Positions 27,430-41,100 of a DNA stretch of 64,000 nt are shown here, piece after piece; positions within the stretch are counted from its first letter, which is position 1; each line of letters starts with the position of its first letter. The stretch is from Octopus sinensis (taxonomy: Eukaryota), in NCBI RefSeq assembly GCF_006345805.1, contig NC_043007.1, positions 67,394,001-67,458,000 of the forward strand. Reading direction: 5' to 3'. The notes beneath the pieces are model-generated. The model saw only the letters and a list, made by a program, of their open reading frames with translations, was not told the origin of the DNA and made no database searches. The position numbers and the translations under genes were made by a program.

Positions 27430-29989
27430 GTAAGACGGACTCCAATTTGATTCTCTATATTCTTCATTGTATTCTGTCTTGTTTTTATTTAAATACTAGT
27501 ATCACCTGTATTTATCAAACTATTGAATGTTATACACTGCTGGTCACAATGCACTTGTCCTTTTTTGATTGTGCCCTTCTTTTCCATCCTGTTCCAAATT
27601 AAGTAAATTGTCTTTTCTCTGTGCTGGTGCCATGTAAACGGCACTCATGTCAGCACCATGTAGAATCACTGATGCTGGTGCCACGGTAAAAGCAGCCAGC
27701 ACACACTGTATGATTGGTACTAGGAAGGACATCCAGCCATAGAAACCATGCCAAATTAGACTGGAACTTGGTGCAGCTCTCCTGCTTGTCAGCTCTGGTC
27801 AAATCGTTCAACTCCTGTCAGCATAGAAAGCAGACATTGAAAGAGGAGGATGATGATTGTTGTGGAGACCTGATACACAGTCTTTTCTGATCTCTTAGAT
27901 ACCACTTGGCAACTATAAGGGTTCACCTTTTGTTTGTGAGCCTTGCAACATGTCCAACCCAGTGGAACTTGTGTTTTCAGTACTCTGCAATCACATTGTT
28001 CACTCAAATTACTTCATTTTAGGTTTGCTCTCGCAATGATTTTCCTAAACTGGATCTTTCCATGCCCTTTTGCATTATAGCCAATCAATATTCGTTCCTC
28101 TTTGTAGAAGCCCATGTCTCACTTGTGTATAATGTAATTGAGATGATTCTAAACATAGGACATCTGTTCATCGTTTTAGAGCAAGTTTTTTTTCTTTATT
28201 CAGTTATATTTCTGAGATTTTACTGGTGGCCTATCTTCAATATTGTTGCTGTACACAAGTTTGGCCACCCAATTGACACTTCATAATTGCAATTATTTAA
28301 CACACTTTCTTTAATTACTGTCAGATTTTTACAATTTGAGAACATGTACATACTTATGTGTAATAAGTAGAACTTTAAAATCACACCTTAGTTTTCTTGC
28401 AGTTGTCTTATATAGAAAGAAATTGTAACCTCAAGTGATTATTCCATAAATGAATGTATTCACATTTGTTTTTACCTTCACTTCTTCTACTGTCAACACC
28501 AAACTTGCTCCTCAGAACATTCCATATTTAATTAAAATTTCAAGATTGTTTCCCCCTCCCCCTTTTTTCTTCTTACAAAAATATAAACATTGGGTTTTTT
28601 TTTTATTAGTGAATGTAATACTAACAAATACAAATGTCTTAGTTTACCACATCCTGTATGTTAGTATTATTTTACCTGTGCTTTGCATCCTACTCTCCAG
28701 AGCTAAAATATTTATCTTTAGTGGTGATGCAGATTTTCGAATTCAGGAATAAATATGTAACAAGTTCTTTAAGGCTAGATGCTATTCCTTTGATTGTGCA
28801 GCGAGATTTACAGAATGATATGTATATTAATGTGCATTGTCTAATTCTTTTGTTACCATATATCTGTTGAATTACACTCTTTTTTTTCCTTCAGTTAATT
28901 TTGAAAGTAATGAAGTATATAGTAAAATAACTTTGTCCTCATCAAGCTGATATTTGGCACATAAACTAACATGAAATTTTAATGACAAATTTTAATTTAG
29001 ATCATTTTAAAACAGAGAGTTTGTATTATAGAACCAAAGGCAATTTGGTTTAGTAGCCAGAGGGTTAAGCTTAGACCTTGATTAGGCTGTATTTATGAGT
29101 ATTAAAATGGTGCTGTGTTTTAATAACAAGGTTCAGTGTACATAACAAATTTTCCAGTCATAAGATATATCTGAAAGAATGAGAAAAATAAACTAGAAAA
29201 CGATGTATAGAACATCGCTTTTTTGACTGAGTTGGGGTGCAGTCTTGAAGGAGGTGACTTAGTGCCAAGTGCTGTGAAGCTAAAGTGTGGTAGAGGGATA
29301 GGAACAGGTGTTTTGCTGTAGAGGAGCTACATGGCTACTCCAGCAGAAAAGGGAGATGAGGTGTTGGCATACCTTCAAGGTACAAGAAGGATAAAGAGAG
29401 AATAAAGACAGAGAATTGGTGATGACTGGGAGGAAAGGTTTGTGGCAGATGAGAATAAAAGCAAATGTAGTGAATGGTGAATATGGATGGAGGCTTGGAA
29501 AATGGTGAATGTACAAGGAGGAGAGGTGATAGGTTGTAATACATTCAAAAACAGTAGGGTTGAGAGCAACAGTATAATAAAACTAAATAAATGAAAAACA
29601 GGGAGATGTGAAGTGTAGGTGATAGAAAAGATGCAGTGACATAGATGGAGGTTAGAGGCATGTAGGGATGGATATTCTTTTTTTCTTTTACTTGTTTCAG
29701 TCATTTGACTGCGGCCATGCTGGAGCACCAATGAATGTCTTTGTTTCAATTAATTTTGAAAAGAATTAATTTATTATAATAACCGTTATTAAGCTGGTGT
29801 TTGGAATGTAAATTAACATAAAATTATTTTGATGGAAGGTTTTAATTTAGATTATTATAAAAAAAAAAAAAAATGAAATTTGTATCATAGAACTAGGACA
29901 GTTACAACAGGTTGATATAAAACGTTAAATAAACAAAAAAAAAATCAAATATTGTTAATTGAAAAACACAAATAATACTCTTCTTTCAG

Positions 29990-30097
29990 ATTCATCGAAA
30001 CAAAAATAAATGGAAGTTCCAGTTAAAAGACGGAATTATGAATCTCAATGGAAAAGACTCTGTATTTCAAAAAGGTGTTGGAGATGCTGAATGGTAG
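29990..30097 (+). CDS. GTF2A1: TFIIA large subunit last coding exon (IHRNKNKWKFQLKDGIMNLNGKDSVFQKGVGDAEW*)
   Basis: tttcag acceptor; conserved C-terminus GDAEW and TAG stop. Confidence 0.97.
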   Translation: MHRNKNKWKFQLKDGIMNLNGKDSVFQKGVGDAEW

Positions 30098-30204
30098 TTG
30101 TCTGTCGAAGTTGCAAGAAGAGATGTTCATGAAATAGAATTTACTTCCACGGAAACCTGTGCTTGACATTGTTTGCAATCAACTGCTAAGTCAATCATCC
30201 TCTA

Positions 30205-30207
30205 ATT

Positions 30208-30240
<33 letters not shown>

Positions 30241-30510
30241 GTATATATATAAAAACATAGATTCATTATATATGTGTGTATGCATATATATACGTTAAAC
30301 TTTATAAATTCATTTGTGTGTGTGTCTGTGTATATATAAATTTATAAAGTCTAACATTTTTGTATATACATACATACACACACATACTCATACATACACA
30401 CATGTATGTATGTTACATTTTATAAATTCATATACATATATATGCATGTATATATATGTCTGAGTATGTGTGTGTATATGTATATATTCATATGTCTACA
30501 CACATACCCA

Positions 30511-30541
<31 letters not shown>

Positions 30542-31400
30542 CCACAGATATATAGATACAGTATATATATTATTATAAATATGTATGCACATACATGCAA
30601 GCATACTATTCGCACTCACTCACTCATGAATATGTGTGTGTGGTGAATACAGGAACATGCCCTTGATTTAGCCCTGTCATTAATCCCTCACACTTAATTA
30701 AAATAAATTTATCATATAGAAGTGAAATTACAATTCACACAGTGGCTAACACACATCTAACAATACATTTCCGATTCTTTGCTCCATGGCATTTCTTATG
30801 TTTTAAAACAATGTCTACTGCTTCTCCCCTATCCACTCATTGGAAGATTATCATTGTACGATTTTTGGTTAAATCTATAATCTAGGTTTGGATGATCTTA
30901 ACATACATACAATCATATTCAGGAAACATTTAACATCTAAAATTTTAGCTGGAAAGGTCTGGATTGGTTGATGTTTATTTAATATTTAAGTACATTATGT
31001 TCAAATATTAGGTGTACATTCAAATGCACATATACACAAATATGTTGATATATATATATATATGTATATATACATACACACATATGTGTGTGTGTGTATC
31101 TGTATATATACACATACAGAGATATACAAATATGTAAATACACACACAAATACATGCTGCAACATAAATCGCAAGGGAAGTGGTGCGAATATGCAGTATC
31201 TTGCAAACTTTACGAAATCTATTTCATTCATTTATGGAGTCATTTAAATTCTCCTTGCAAAAAAAAAAGTTTTATTTTTAACATTAAAAATAAAATATTT
31301 TAATATAGTTATGTGTGAGTGTGTGTATATATTACCTTTGAGTGTTTGTGTGTGTATATGTTATATTGTAGACATGCCTGTCTTTGAGTTTAATCTTTTT
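30205..31400. repeat. TA/TG/CA microsatellite-rich region in the probable TFIIA 3' UTR
   Basis: Long alternating purine-pyrimidine tracts. Confidence 0.85.
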
Positions 31401-33197
31401 TTTTTTTTACAGATGTTTTGTTGTTATTTCTCTATTAGTTGCTATAAGGGCATTAAGTTCCTTAATGCTTCAGCACCTTCAGGTCTCCATCTAAATGAAG
31501 TGTTGATAGTGGCATGTTGTTGCCATTTTTCTTTCTAGTTTGTAGAAAAGGATCATAGGAATGATGTAGTAACTGATAAAGTCAGCAACACCATGTCAGT
31601 ACTCCTATCTCTTCATTCTGAAGCTGAGAGTCTTGCAGTGTTAATGGATTTAGGAAACCTAATCTTCCAAACTAAACATGAACTAATAAGGAAATATTGG
31701 AAAGCCATCTGTAATTTAGGAGATTAATTTTAAACGGTCATGTTTTCAATTTGACATGCTTGAAAGTTGTCTTTTTATGATATGTGTGTGTGTACATGTA
31801 TTTGTATATACATTACATGCATATATAAGTGTGTTCATGTGAGTGACTGAGTATATAATGTGAAATTCATTTATTTTTCAAATCTTAGAATCACTCACGG
31901 CTAGCTTTGTCATTCAAAGCTAGATGTTTGTACAGGGATTAGCATTGTTTGATATATATATATGTGTGTATAATATATATATATATATAATATATATGCA
32001 TTATTAAAAATGAAAGCAAATTACAGTCTTATGCACGTGATTTAGCCGAACTTTTCCTTTTTTAAATTCTTTCCTCCTTATCAAAAATTTTCTTAATTAT
32101 GGATCATGATTAATTTTATCTAATGAATTTCCTTTAGATCAGTTTTTAAATTATCAACATTCACATACATACATGCTTTGTCTCTCTCTCTCTCTCTCTT
32201 CTTTAGCATTTTTTCCTGTTTTCATTTAAATTTTACTGAGTCCAATGAAATTTTGAAAACCACTAACAAAAAAGAAAAAGGTAAAAAAAAAAACCCCAGA
32301 AAATGAAGTTAAATCCCCTCAGAAAACCAAATTTCAAACAAAATGCATAAACACTCAGAAAAACCCAAGAAAGAAATGAAATATCACTGCTGAATCTGTA
32401 CATAGTCATTGCTCTTTGTTTATTCTCCAGCAATTGGGTAAAATTGTTGATTTAAACAAACAAAAAATATCTTATCCAAAATCTGATTTGCTAAAAACTT
32501 AAAATAATTTCTTTATTATTATTGTGGTGGTGAGTTGGCAGATACGGTAGTTTGCTGGACTAAATATCTTCGTGGTTTTAGCCTTGTCTCTCTACCAAGA
32601 GTTAGAATCTCTTCTGTCGACTTAACCTTTCATCTCTCTGGGGAGCGGGGTCGATAAAGCAAGTACCAGTTTTATACTGGGATTGAGTGAATTGATTATA
32701 ACTTTAAATAAAATTAAAAAATAAACAACAGAAATTGGCCCTGTCTCTGGTGAAAATAAATTATCATTGTTATTTTCCTAAAACCTTATTTTCAGTTTTT
32801 CTCTTAGTATTATGATGCACATTTTTACCTCTTTGCTTGGTTGGTTTATATAAACCAAGATTCTATGTTTCTCTTTGTAAATCTGTTTTCAAGTAAAAGA
32901 TTTTTTTTCTTCTTTTTGATTTTTTTTTTTTTTTTTGATTTCAGCAGTTTTGTCACTACTATCTGCTGTAATTTTACTGCCAAGTAAAATCATTTTGGTT
33001 TTATCAGACCCTTTGAACTAGTCCCTACCAGCCTTGTGTGTAACTTTGTCTTCTTGCTGGCTATTTATATGTTAGTTTCATTTTAACCATTAAAAGAAAA
33101 ATAAGGGAAGTTTTTCATTAAAGTTCTTATGAAAATGTTTTAAGTGTTTCTGCTGCAGTAATTCAGAAAAATTTCTTACTCTTTTTGCAGTATTGCT

Positions 33198-33396
33198 GTT
33201 TAACCCTTTGGCATTCAGATTATTGTATCAAATGTTATGCTCACTTATTCATTTTATTTTGAATTAATCATCCTTGTGGCTTCAAGATTTTGATGTGATT
33301 ATCTTTATGACATTGTACTTCTACATTTAAGAGGCTAGATGGTTTGAGCATAAAACAAGTAGATTAATATGGCCAGTTTAAATGCTAAAGGGTTAT
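33198..33396. mobile_element. TTAA-type MITE (piggyBac/Kolobok-like)
   Basis: ttaaccctttggcattc...gctaaagggtta ends; related elements at about 42208-42453, 39380-39580, 59340-59570 and 10663-10890. Confidence 0.55.
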
Positions 33397-36243
33397 TACA
33401 ATTTACTTATTGTCAAACTTTCAGTTCCTTCTTCAAATAATGAATACCAAATATCTTATAAATGGCAAATTTGCAGTGTCATAGGTGTTGGACAAAGTTC
33501 TACAGAATTTACTTTCAGTCCAGGGCAGCAGGTTGGGATTTGATCTCAGAGCTGGAACATCTCTATTTTAAGATCAAATCTCACTGCCATTGAAAAACGA
33601 TTATACATCTGTCAGGAAAGTGACCAATAGAATCAGCAGATTGAAACAAAACCAATGAAAACCTGATATCCTTAGTTTCAGTGGAAGATTGACTACTACT
33701 ACCATCTGATCTGTGAAGTAGATTAGATCCATATTGATAGCTAAGATCCAATCTTAAAATTGTACTATTTTATTATTTCAGAATCACAAAAAGCTTGTGT
33801 CAGATATCTTAGGCTAAAGATGTCTGTATCCAATCCAACTTTTGATGCTTACACAAATTATCAGCAGAAACACTTGTTCAATCACACAGTAGATATGTCT
33901 CCATCACTATTATGGTCTTAATTCAACTTCCCTAGAAAGTTTAAATGTTTGCATTATTCCTGTTTAATTTCTTTAGTGTATTAAAGAGAAACAAGCAAAC
34001 ATTACATTATATATATCCCTTACTTGAAAACTGGGCAGATAAGGTGTCTGGCCATAAAGTACTACCTCAAATAAGCCTGGCAAGCTGAGGGATAGCTTAC
34101 TGGTTAAGTCCCGTTCGTTGTCAGCATGCCTGTGATCCCAGTACATCTCTTGTGAATGTATGTAGTTGTCACCTATCCTTGTCTTCATCAAGTTTACTCT
34201 GGGACCTCTTTATTCTAACTTGTTTCTACATTCGAAATTTCTTCTCCATCTCTTAAGACTCAGCTATAAGAACCAGGTTTTAACTCAGTTACAGCTTGAA
34301 GAACAATAGGTGAGAACTGAGCTTTGTTTAACACTAAACTGCACATTCAGTGAACTCCTTTGCTGAAAGTATCCTTGTACAAAGCTTGCACCACTCTCAC
34401 AAGCTATTCATCTAAGAGATCCTTTAAAGACTATTATATTATGTACAATGCCCTTTCAAAGGCCCCCAGATCAAAAAGGATTACTATTGACTAAAAATTT
34501 CTCTAGCATTAGTCTGGCATAGATTTAAATTGTATTTCATCTCAGCTGATTCTCTTCCTGATCACCTGTGCTTCAAACCTAGTCTGTCAATTTGATGTCT
34601 GATTGCTTGTTTCTAAAGCACCTGTCCAGTTGACAGTTGCACTTCTATGCCAGTGATTAAATGAGACTTCTTTGCTACCTGACTAGTTTGAGCCTTACTT
34701 TGCCAATTTTCAACATCTCAGTGACTACAGCCAATGGATCTCTTTTCTGAACATATTAATTTCATTACCATATTTCTGTAAAAAATATATTTTGTTTCAA
34801 TTAATTTTTAAAATAATGAAAAATTTACTCAACTATTTAGAACATAGATTAACCTGCAATTTGGGGAAGATTTTAACTTGAATTGCCCTAAAGCCAAAGA
34901 TTTGTATCATAGAATGAAGTGCAGCTTGGTACCAAATAAATTGGTCTTTCTGAGCATCGAATTGATCATTTTGTACAATCAATGTTTTGTAATAAGATTT
35001 GTAAGTGATGAGAGTAAGTATGCTGTTATTTCAAACACCTTGATCTTTCCCAACATATTACACTCTAGAACACGAGTAAATTTACCTTGCCCTCCTCAAA
35101 TCATGTCCACTATCTGTCTCTTTGTGGGGTTCTCTCCCATGCTACTCTACGATACTTCACTCTATTTGCAGTAGACTGGCTTTCAGCAGATTACACTTTT
35201 GAAACCAGATTATGTCCATATAGATCTCAAAAGTATCCCTTTTCATCGTTTAATGTCTGCTTTCCATGCTAACGTGGATTGGATGATTTGACTGAGGACT
35301 GCACCAGGCTACAATCTGATCTGGCAGAGTTTCTACAGCCGGAAGCCCTTCCTAACGCCAACCACTCCGAGTGTAGTGGGTGCCTTTGTGCCAGTCAGGT
35401 GGTACTGGCAATGGCCATGCTCAAATGGTATTTTTTTTACATGCCACCTGCACAGGAGCCAGTCCAGCAGTACTGACAACGACCTTGCTCAAATGGTTTT
35501 TCAACGTACATTTAGCAAAACTCATGTGACTATCAAAGTTACTAAACCCGTTGGTTATTATCCTCTTCCCCAAAGAAAGGACACACATCTCCTCCAGGTG
35601 AGAATGAAACCTCATAACTATTTTTTACTCCCAGAGCAACCATGCCTAGAAAAGTTACCTAATCTAAATTATCCTGACTGCTTTTACATTATCTGTGCAT
35701 CTTTCTGCCAGAGATCTTACAAAGGACAAAAATACGGTCAGTAGTAGATGGAACTCCCTATGGAAACACCTTTGCTTAATGTTCCTCACAAAGCTCTGCA
35801 TTAGTCCCTTCCATTCTCTAGGGAGCATAAACATGGCCTCTCTCAAAGAGAATAGCAGAGCCCTGAGAACATCAGATAGTACCATCACATTTCCAATGAA
35901 AAACTACATATGCATATACATTGGCCTACAATTTCCCACTTTTAGTATCCTTTAGTATGTGTTAGTATCCACAACGTAGGAAGGCACAGACGGAGAGCAC
36001 TGGTAGTCTTGGTCAGCTTTACACACAATGGATCCCAGTCCTATCAAGCTAGTTCCTTGCAATACTTGCTGTAACAAACACACCAGTTATGATAGAAAAT
36101 AAAATGTAGCTTCCTTCCATCTTCAACTGAACTGAACTGATGACTGAAGCTTTGTTAAATTAATCTTGCACACACTGCAGGAGATTTATGGCAAAACAAA
36201 GAAGCAGAACTCAATAAGACAAGTATTTTTAAAGTAATTTTTG

Positions 36244-36249
36244 TTTATT
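36244..36249 (-). terminator. RPS23 polyadenylation signal AATAAA
   Basis: tttatt on the + strand, about 20 nt past the RPS23 stop. Confidence 0.75.
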
Positions 36250-36269
36250 CATTTATGAAATAAAATTGT

Positions 36270-36770
<501 letters not shown>

Positions 36771-36801
36771 TTACAACATGACAAATTATTAAAATGCTAG
36801 A

Positions 36802-36869
36802 AGCTATCAGAATAAGTGATCATCAAATTATGATTTTCAGTCCGCCACTTATACTTCATCATATAAGCT
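36802..36869 (-). ncRNA. Box C/D snoRNA, family 1 variant (SNORD43-related, altered guide), copy A
   Basis: AGCT stem; C ATGATGA; AGTATAAGTGGCGGA before D' CTGA; C' TGATGA; TCACTTATT before D CTGA. Confidence 0.8.
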
Positions 36870-37352
36870 TCATTTAGTAACCTCTAACACCTAATAACAA
36901 TGAGTAAGACAAATGTTCATTAATATCTAATCATGAGAGGACTTCAAAATGCTCACCTTGTGAAACCATTTATAGTTATGAAAATTTTACAATTAATATT
37001 TACTTACAGAATGTAATTTTAATAGCTAACTCTGCACACACATTTGGAAAATAACCTGTGCCTCATATTTCCTGCACACACGATTTTCCAGAACACTTGC
37101 ATTCTACATTTGGTTGCCATGCAATTTAATACATCCTACCTAAACCATATCTTAAAAACTTTACTAAAATGAAGTGAATAAAACAAGTAACATTACACAT
37201 TAACTCTTTAGTTGATAACCCATTATGAGATCCATAATTTACTCTGAATAGAATTTGAAGAGGAAAAAAATGCCAAATATCCAGAAGGTAAATTAAATTC
37301 AAGAGAATGTTTACTAAGCAAACCATATGAAAACCAATTATTGAAATGGTAG

Positions 37353-37422
37353 AAGCCATCAGAATAAGTGATCATCAAATTAAGATTTTCAGTCCGCCAC
37401 TTATAGATCATCATATAAGCTT
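37353..37422 (-). ncRNA. Box C/D snoRNA, family 1 variant, copy B
   Basis: Same boxes and guide (TATAAGTGGCGGA-CTGA) as copy A; aagc/gctt stem. Confidence 0.8.
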
Positions 37423-37484
37423 CATTTAGCAATCACAAAAACTGTAAAATATTATGCAAACCAAGCAGTTTGGATTGAGAAACA

Positions 37485-37544
37485 TCAGATTTCACAAACC
37501 ATGACTCTTTATAAGAATATAATTTTCAGTCTGTCACTCATCAT
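37485..37544 (-). ncRNA. Possible degenerate C/D snoRNA related to family 1
   Basis: ATGATGA-GTGACAGA-CTGA...CTGA; shortened guide and no terminal stem. Confidence 0.35.
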
Positions 37545-37940
37545 CTAGCAACCCCACAAGTTGTAAAACACAGCTCTAAAATATACCATGCCTTACAACT
37601 TTCCTGTACCCTGTCAAAGATTTTACAACCAAAATGCCAACACCACCACTTTAAGATGTCTACTTCACTTTTTGCATTGAACAAAACGATGTGTAATAAT
37701 TGAACCTAACTTCATTGGACATTTCCAGTATCTCAGCCACTATCCCTGTATTCATTATGCTGATAACACACACAATTTTTGAAAGGCTAAAGGGAATTGG
37801 AGAAAACCATGTGTAACATTCCCGATGCCAAGTGCTTATCCACGAAATGTTAGTCTTTCAGGTTTTCAACAGTCAATATTTAGTTTAAGTGATAAACTAC
37901 AGAAGCCAAATTATAAGAAAAATAATTACTGAAAAACTAG

Positions 37941-38004
37941 AAACCATCAGAATAAGTGATCAAACTTATTTTTCAGTCTGCTACAATCTTTATCATATAA
38001 GCTT
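37941..38004 (-). pseudogene. Decayed family 1 variant snoRNA, copy C
   Basis: catcagaataagtgatca and atataagcttca are retained, but box C is mutated (ATGATAA) and the guide is eroded. Confidence 0.65.
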
Positions 38005-38524
38005 CACAAGCTGTAAAATATAACTATCATAATAAGCCTGGCCTCATAATTTCCAGCAATCACAATTTGTAAACCTCATGCTAAGTAAAAGCCTGGTTGC
38101 CCTTGCAACCCTCTCCAGCTGAGCATCCCTAATTTTGTGGGCTTGTAAGTGCTGGTGCTGTGTAAAAGTACCTAGCACACTGGTTGGCATTACGAAGAGC
38201 ATCCAGTCGTAGAAACCATGCCAAAACAGACACGGAGCCGTCAGCTCTTGCCAAACTGCCCAACCCCTGACAGCATGGAAAATGGACATTAAATGATAAT
38301 GATGATGCAAATAATGGTAAAAATTCGAATTAAATTTGCCATACCTCAAAACTTTATTAAAACCAAGTGAATAAAACATTTAACACTTTAATTGATATCC
38401 CATTAAAAGAGCCCAACTTACTCCAAGAGTGAAAAACAAACAAAAAGCCTAGTATCCAGATGGTAAATTAGATTCTTTAGATTAAGTTTAAGCAACCATA
38501 TGAAAACCAATTATTGAAATGGTA

Positions 38525-38594
38525 GAAGCCATCAGAATAAGTGATCATCAAATTATGATTTTCAGTCCGCCACTTATAGATCATCATATAAGCT
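38525..38594 (-). ncRNA. Box C/D snoRNA, family 1 variant, copy D
   Basis: Near-identical to copy B, including about 90 nt of flank. Confidence 0.8.
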
Positions 38595-39034
38595 TCATTT
38601 AGCAATCACAAAAGTTATAAAATATCTCGCAGCCCAAAGTATATTTTTGTTTTGATCTAAAAAACAGAAGCTGTTAGATACCACAAAATGATAGCATCAA
38701 TATCAAGGATGCTTCAAAACCACTCTAATTTCATTTTTAGTGTAACTATCTTTTAATCACTACTAACAGAGATACCCAGCCTTGCTTGGGATTAAAATGG
38801 CATAGTTTCTTTTTTTAATGTTTTACTGGTTTCAGTCGTGTGACTGTGGCCATGTCAGAGCACTGCTGCTGGTCGAACAAACCGACCACTGGATATGTTA
38901 GTACTTATTCTATCAGTGTCTTTTGCCAAACCACTAATTTATGGGAATGCAAACACAGCAACATCGACTGTCAAGCAATGGTGAGGACACAAACACACAC
39001 ATGCATATACACATTTGTGTATGTGCGTATATAC

Positions 39035-39100
39035 ATCACCAGAATCCAAAGTGATCATTAATTGTGATTTTCTGCCTGCCACCTGTATTTCATAATATAA
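39035..39100 (-). pseudogene. Decayed family 1 variant snoRNA
   Basis: cagaatccaaagtgatcattaattgtgattttctgcctgccacctgtatttcataatataa aligns to copy A, with boxes C, D' and D all mutated. Confidence 0.6.
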
Positions 39101-40193
39101 ATACATAATCTGCTTTGAGCACATTTTGTAATTCAAGTTCTTTTGAATTGTAATAAGACATGAAGTTAACTATTAATTAGTTTATTATGAAAATTATTCT
39201 TAACCACTATACAAGTAGTCCTTATACAGAAGCCTTCAACTTTTTACATGACACTTGCCCTACTGAAAAAAGATCAGTCATCAGAAGTTAACCATCCGAG
39301 CAAACATTATTTAAAATACCAGCAAGTCACAAATTATTGTAAAAAATACGTCAAAAACTGCCATAAACCAGTGTTAATGCTCAACCCTTCAGCATTCAGA
39401 TTACTGTCAAATGCAATGCTTAAATATTCATGCGACTTTGATTTAATCATGCATTATTTAATAGCTTTGAGATTTCAATGATGTGATTGTTTATAAAATG
39501 ACTGTAGGGTAGATCTGACCAGTTTGAATGTAAAGCAGGCAGAATATTTTGACTGGATATGACCAGATTAAATGCTTAAAATTTCAGCAATCATTTATAA
39601 CTTACAATTCAGTTAATCGTTGCAATTGAGATACAAACCTTACACTAACTATAACCTGTGCAGAAGCACATATTTTGACCTTCATCATTGCCACACTTTT
39701 TTTATGTTTCCAAGGGACAGAATAATTTTTTGAGGCAGATTTTTTAAAGCTGGACACTCCCCTTATAATCAACCCTCGTCTGTTTCCAAACAAGGTGATA
39801 TTTTCTCCCAGTTTCGTTTTTTTCCAAGAAAACTGCAGGCAAATGACACTGGTTGTCACTAACATGGCAAGACAAGGAGACAAACATATACATACATAAA
39901 GGTTACTTTTCTGTTTCCACCGATGAAACTTACAAGATTTTGGTTTACCTGTGGCTACAGATGACACCTGGCCCAAAAATGCTGTGTAATGGGACTAAAC
40001 CCAAAACCATATAGTTGCAAAGCAAACTCTCGACCATACAGCTAAGCCTGTGTCTTGCATTTTATAAGCCAACAACTTGTGCAATTAAACTATCTTAATG
40101 GAATGATAAAATAAAAACTTTACTACATACTAAAATCATTGCTGATTGTAAAAACACAAACAATTATCCCAAATGAAGCCAGGTGAAATAAAC

Positions 40194-40268
40194 AAGCATA
40201 TCAGTGAAGTGACAATCATTCATGTTTAGGATTTCAGTCCGCCCGTCACTTAAATCATCACATAAGCC
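40194..40268 (-). ncRNA. Box C/D snoRNA, SNORD43/snR70-like, copy E
   Basis: C GTGATGA; guide AGTGACGGGCGGA-CTGA complementary to 18S CCGCCCGUCGCU; 3' part TGATTGTCACTTCACTGA resembles recalled human U43. Confidence 0.88.
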
Positions 40269-40309
40269 TGATCTAGAAACTTCAGCTACCAAAAACCATC
40301 AAAGCTATC

Positions 40310-40780
40310 TTAAGACTTTCGTTACTAACCTGGCCGAAAATTTTTTTGGTTCATAATACCAACCCGGCCTAGAGAACCTATTGTTATTTAAATGTAAATT
40401 TGAACCCAAATCTTGTTGGTACATTCGTTAAAACATGTGATTTCATTTTGTAAATAGTTGGCTTATAGTATCCGACATTGTTTGAAGTGATATCTCAACT
40501 CAGTGAATTTTGGGAGATTTTTTTCCACATCGATTTTTCTTCAACTTTGAAAATGGATAGGAGTTTCATGTTATCAAGCATTGATTCCAAATTTAAAGCT
40601 TTTTCAATGGAAAATAGGGAGATATCGAGAAAAAGAATGAATGAGGTCTTAAAGCACGTGGTGTACAATATGATATTTTTTCATTCGAAACCGAAAGCAG
40701 CGATTCCGAAGAAACAAAGCGGCGATGGCAACAGCAAAGACGATTTTACATTGGAATGAAATAAAACTTTCGTTTAGCAA
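40310..40780 (+). mobile_element. Truncated piggyBac-like 5' end
   Basis: Homologous to 43191-43570 and starts at TTAA. Confidence 0.65.
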
Positions 40781-41034
40781 TCCTTCAAGCCATAAAATAA
40801 CATACAAACTACGGTACAATTTCTGCTAACCACAGCATTAGGACCATCATATGTCAAACCTCATTTTTCCCTCACTGAAGATGAAAGACAAAATTGACCT
40901 TAGAGTGCAGAGAGAATAAATGCTGCAAGATATATCCAATGCACTATCAAATAATAAAATGTGAAACTAAACCAAACAGTGGTCACAAATTTAATACTAA
41001 CAGTGGCTGAACTTTCAAGTTCTGATTTTCATCT

Positions 41035-41100
41035 GGGGATCAGAAAATACTTTAACAACACTGCAATTCAGTGAAGGGATCAAGATATCATCATATCACC
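41035..41100 (-). ncRNA. Box C/D snoRNA, family 2, copy a
   Basis: GGTGA-T-ATGATGA; TTGATCCCTTCA before D' CTGA; D CTGA followed by TCCCC. Confidence 0.75.
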
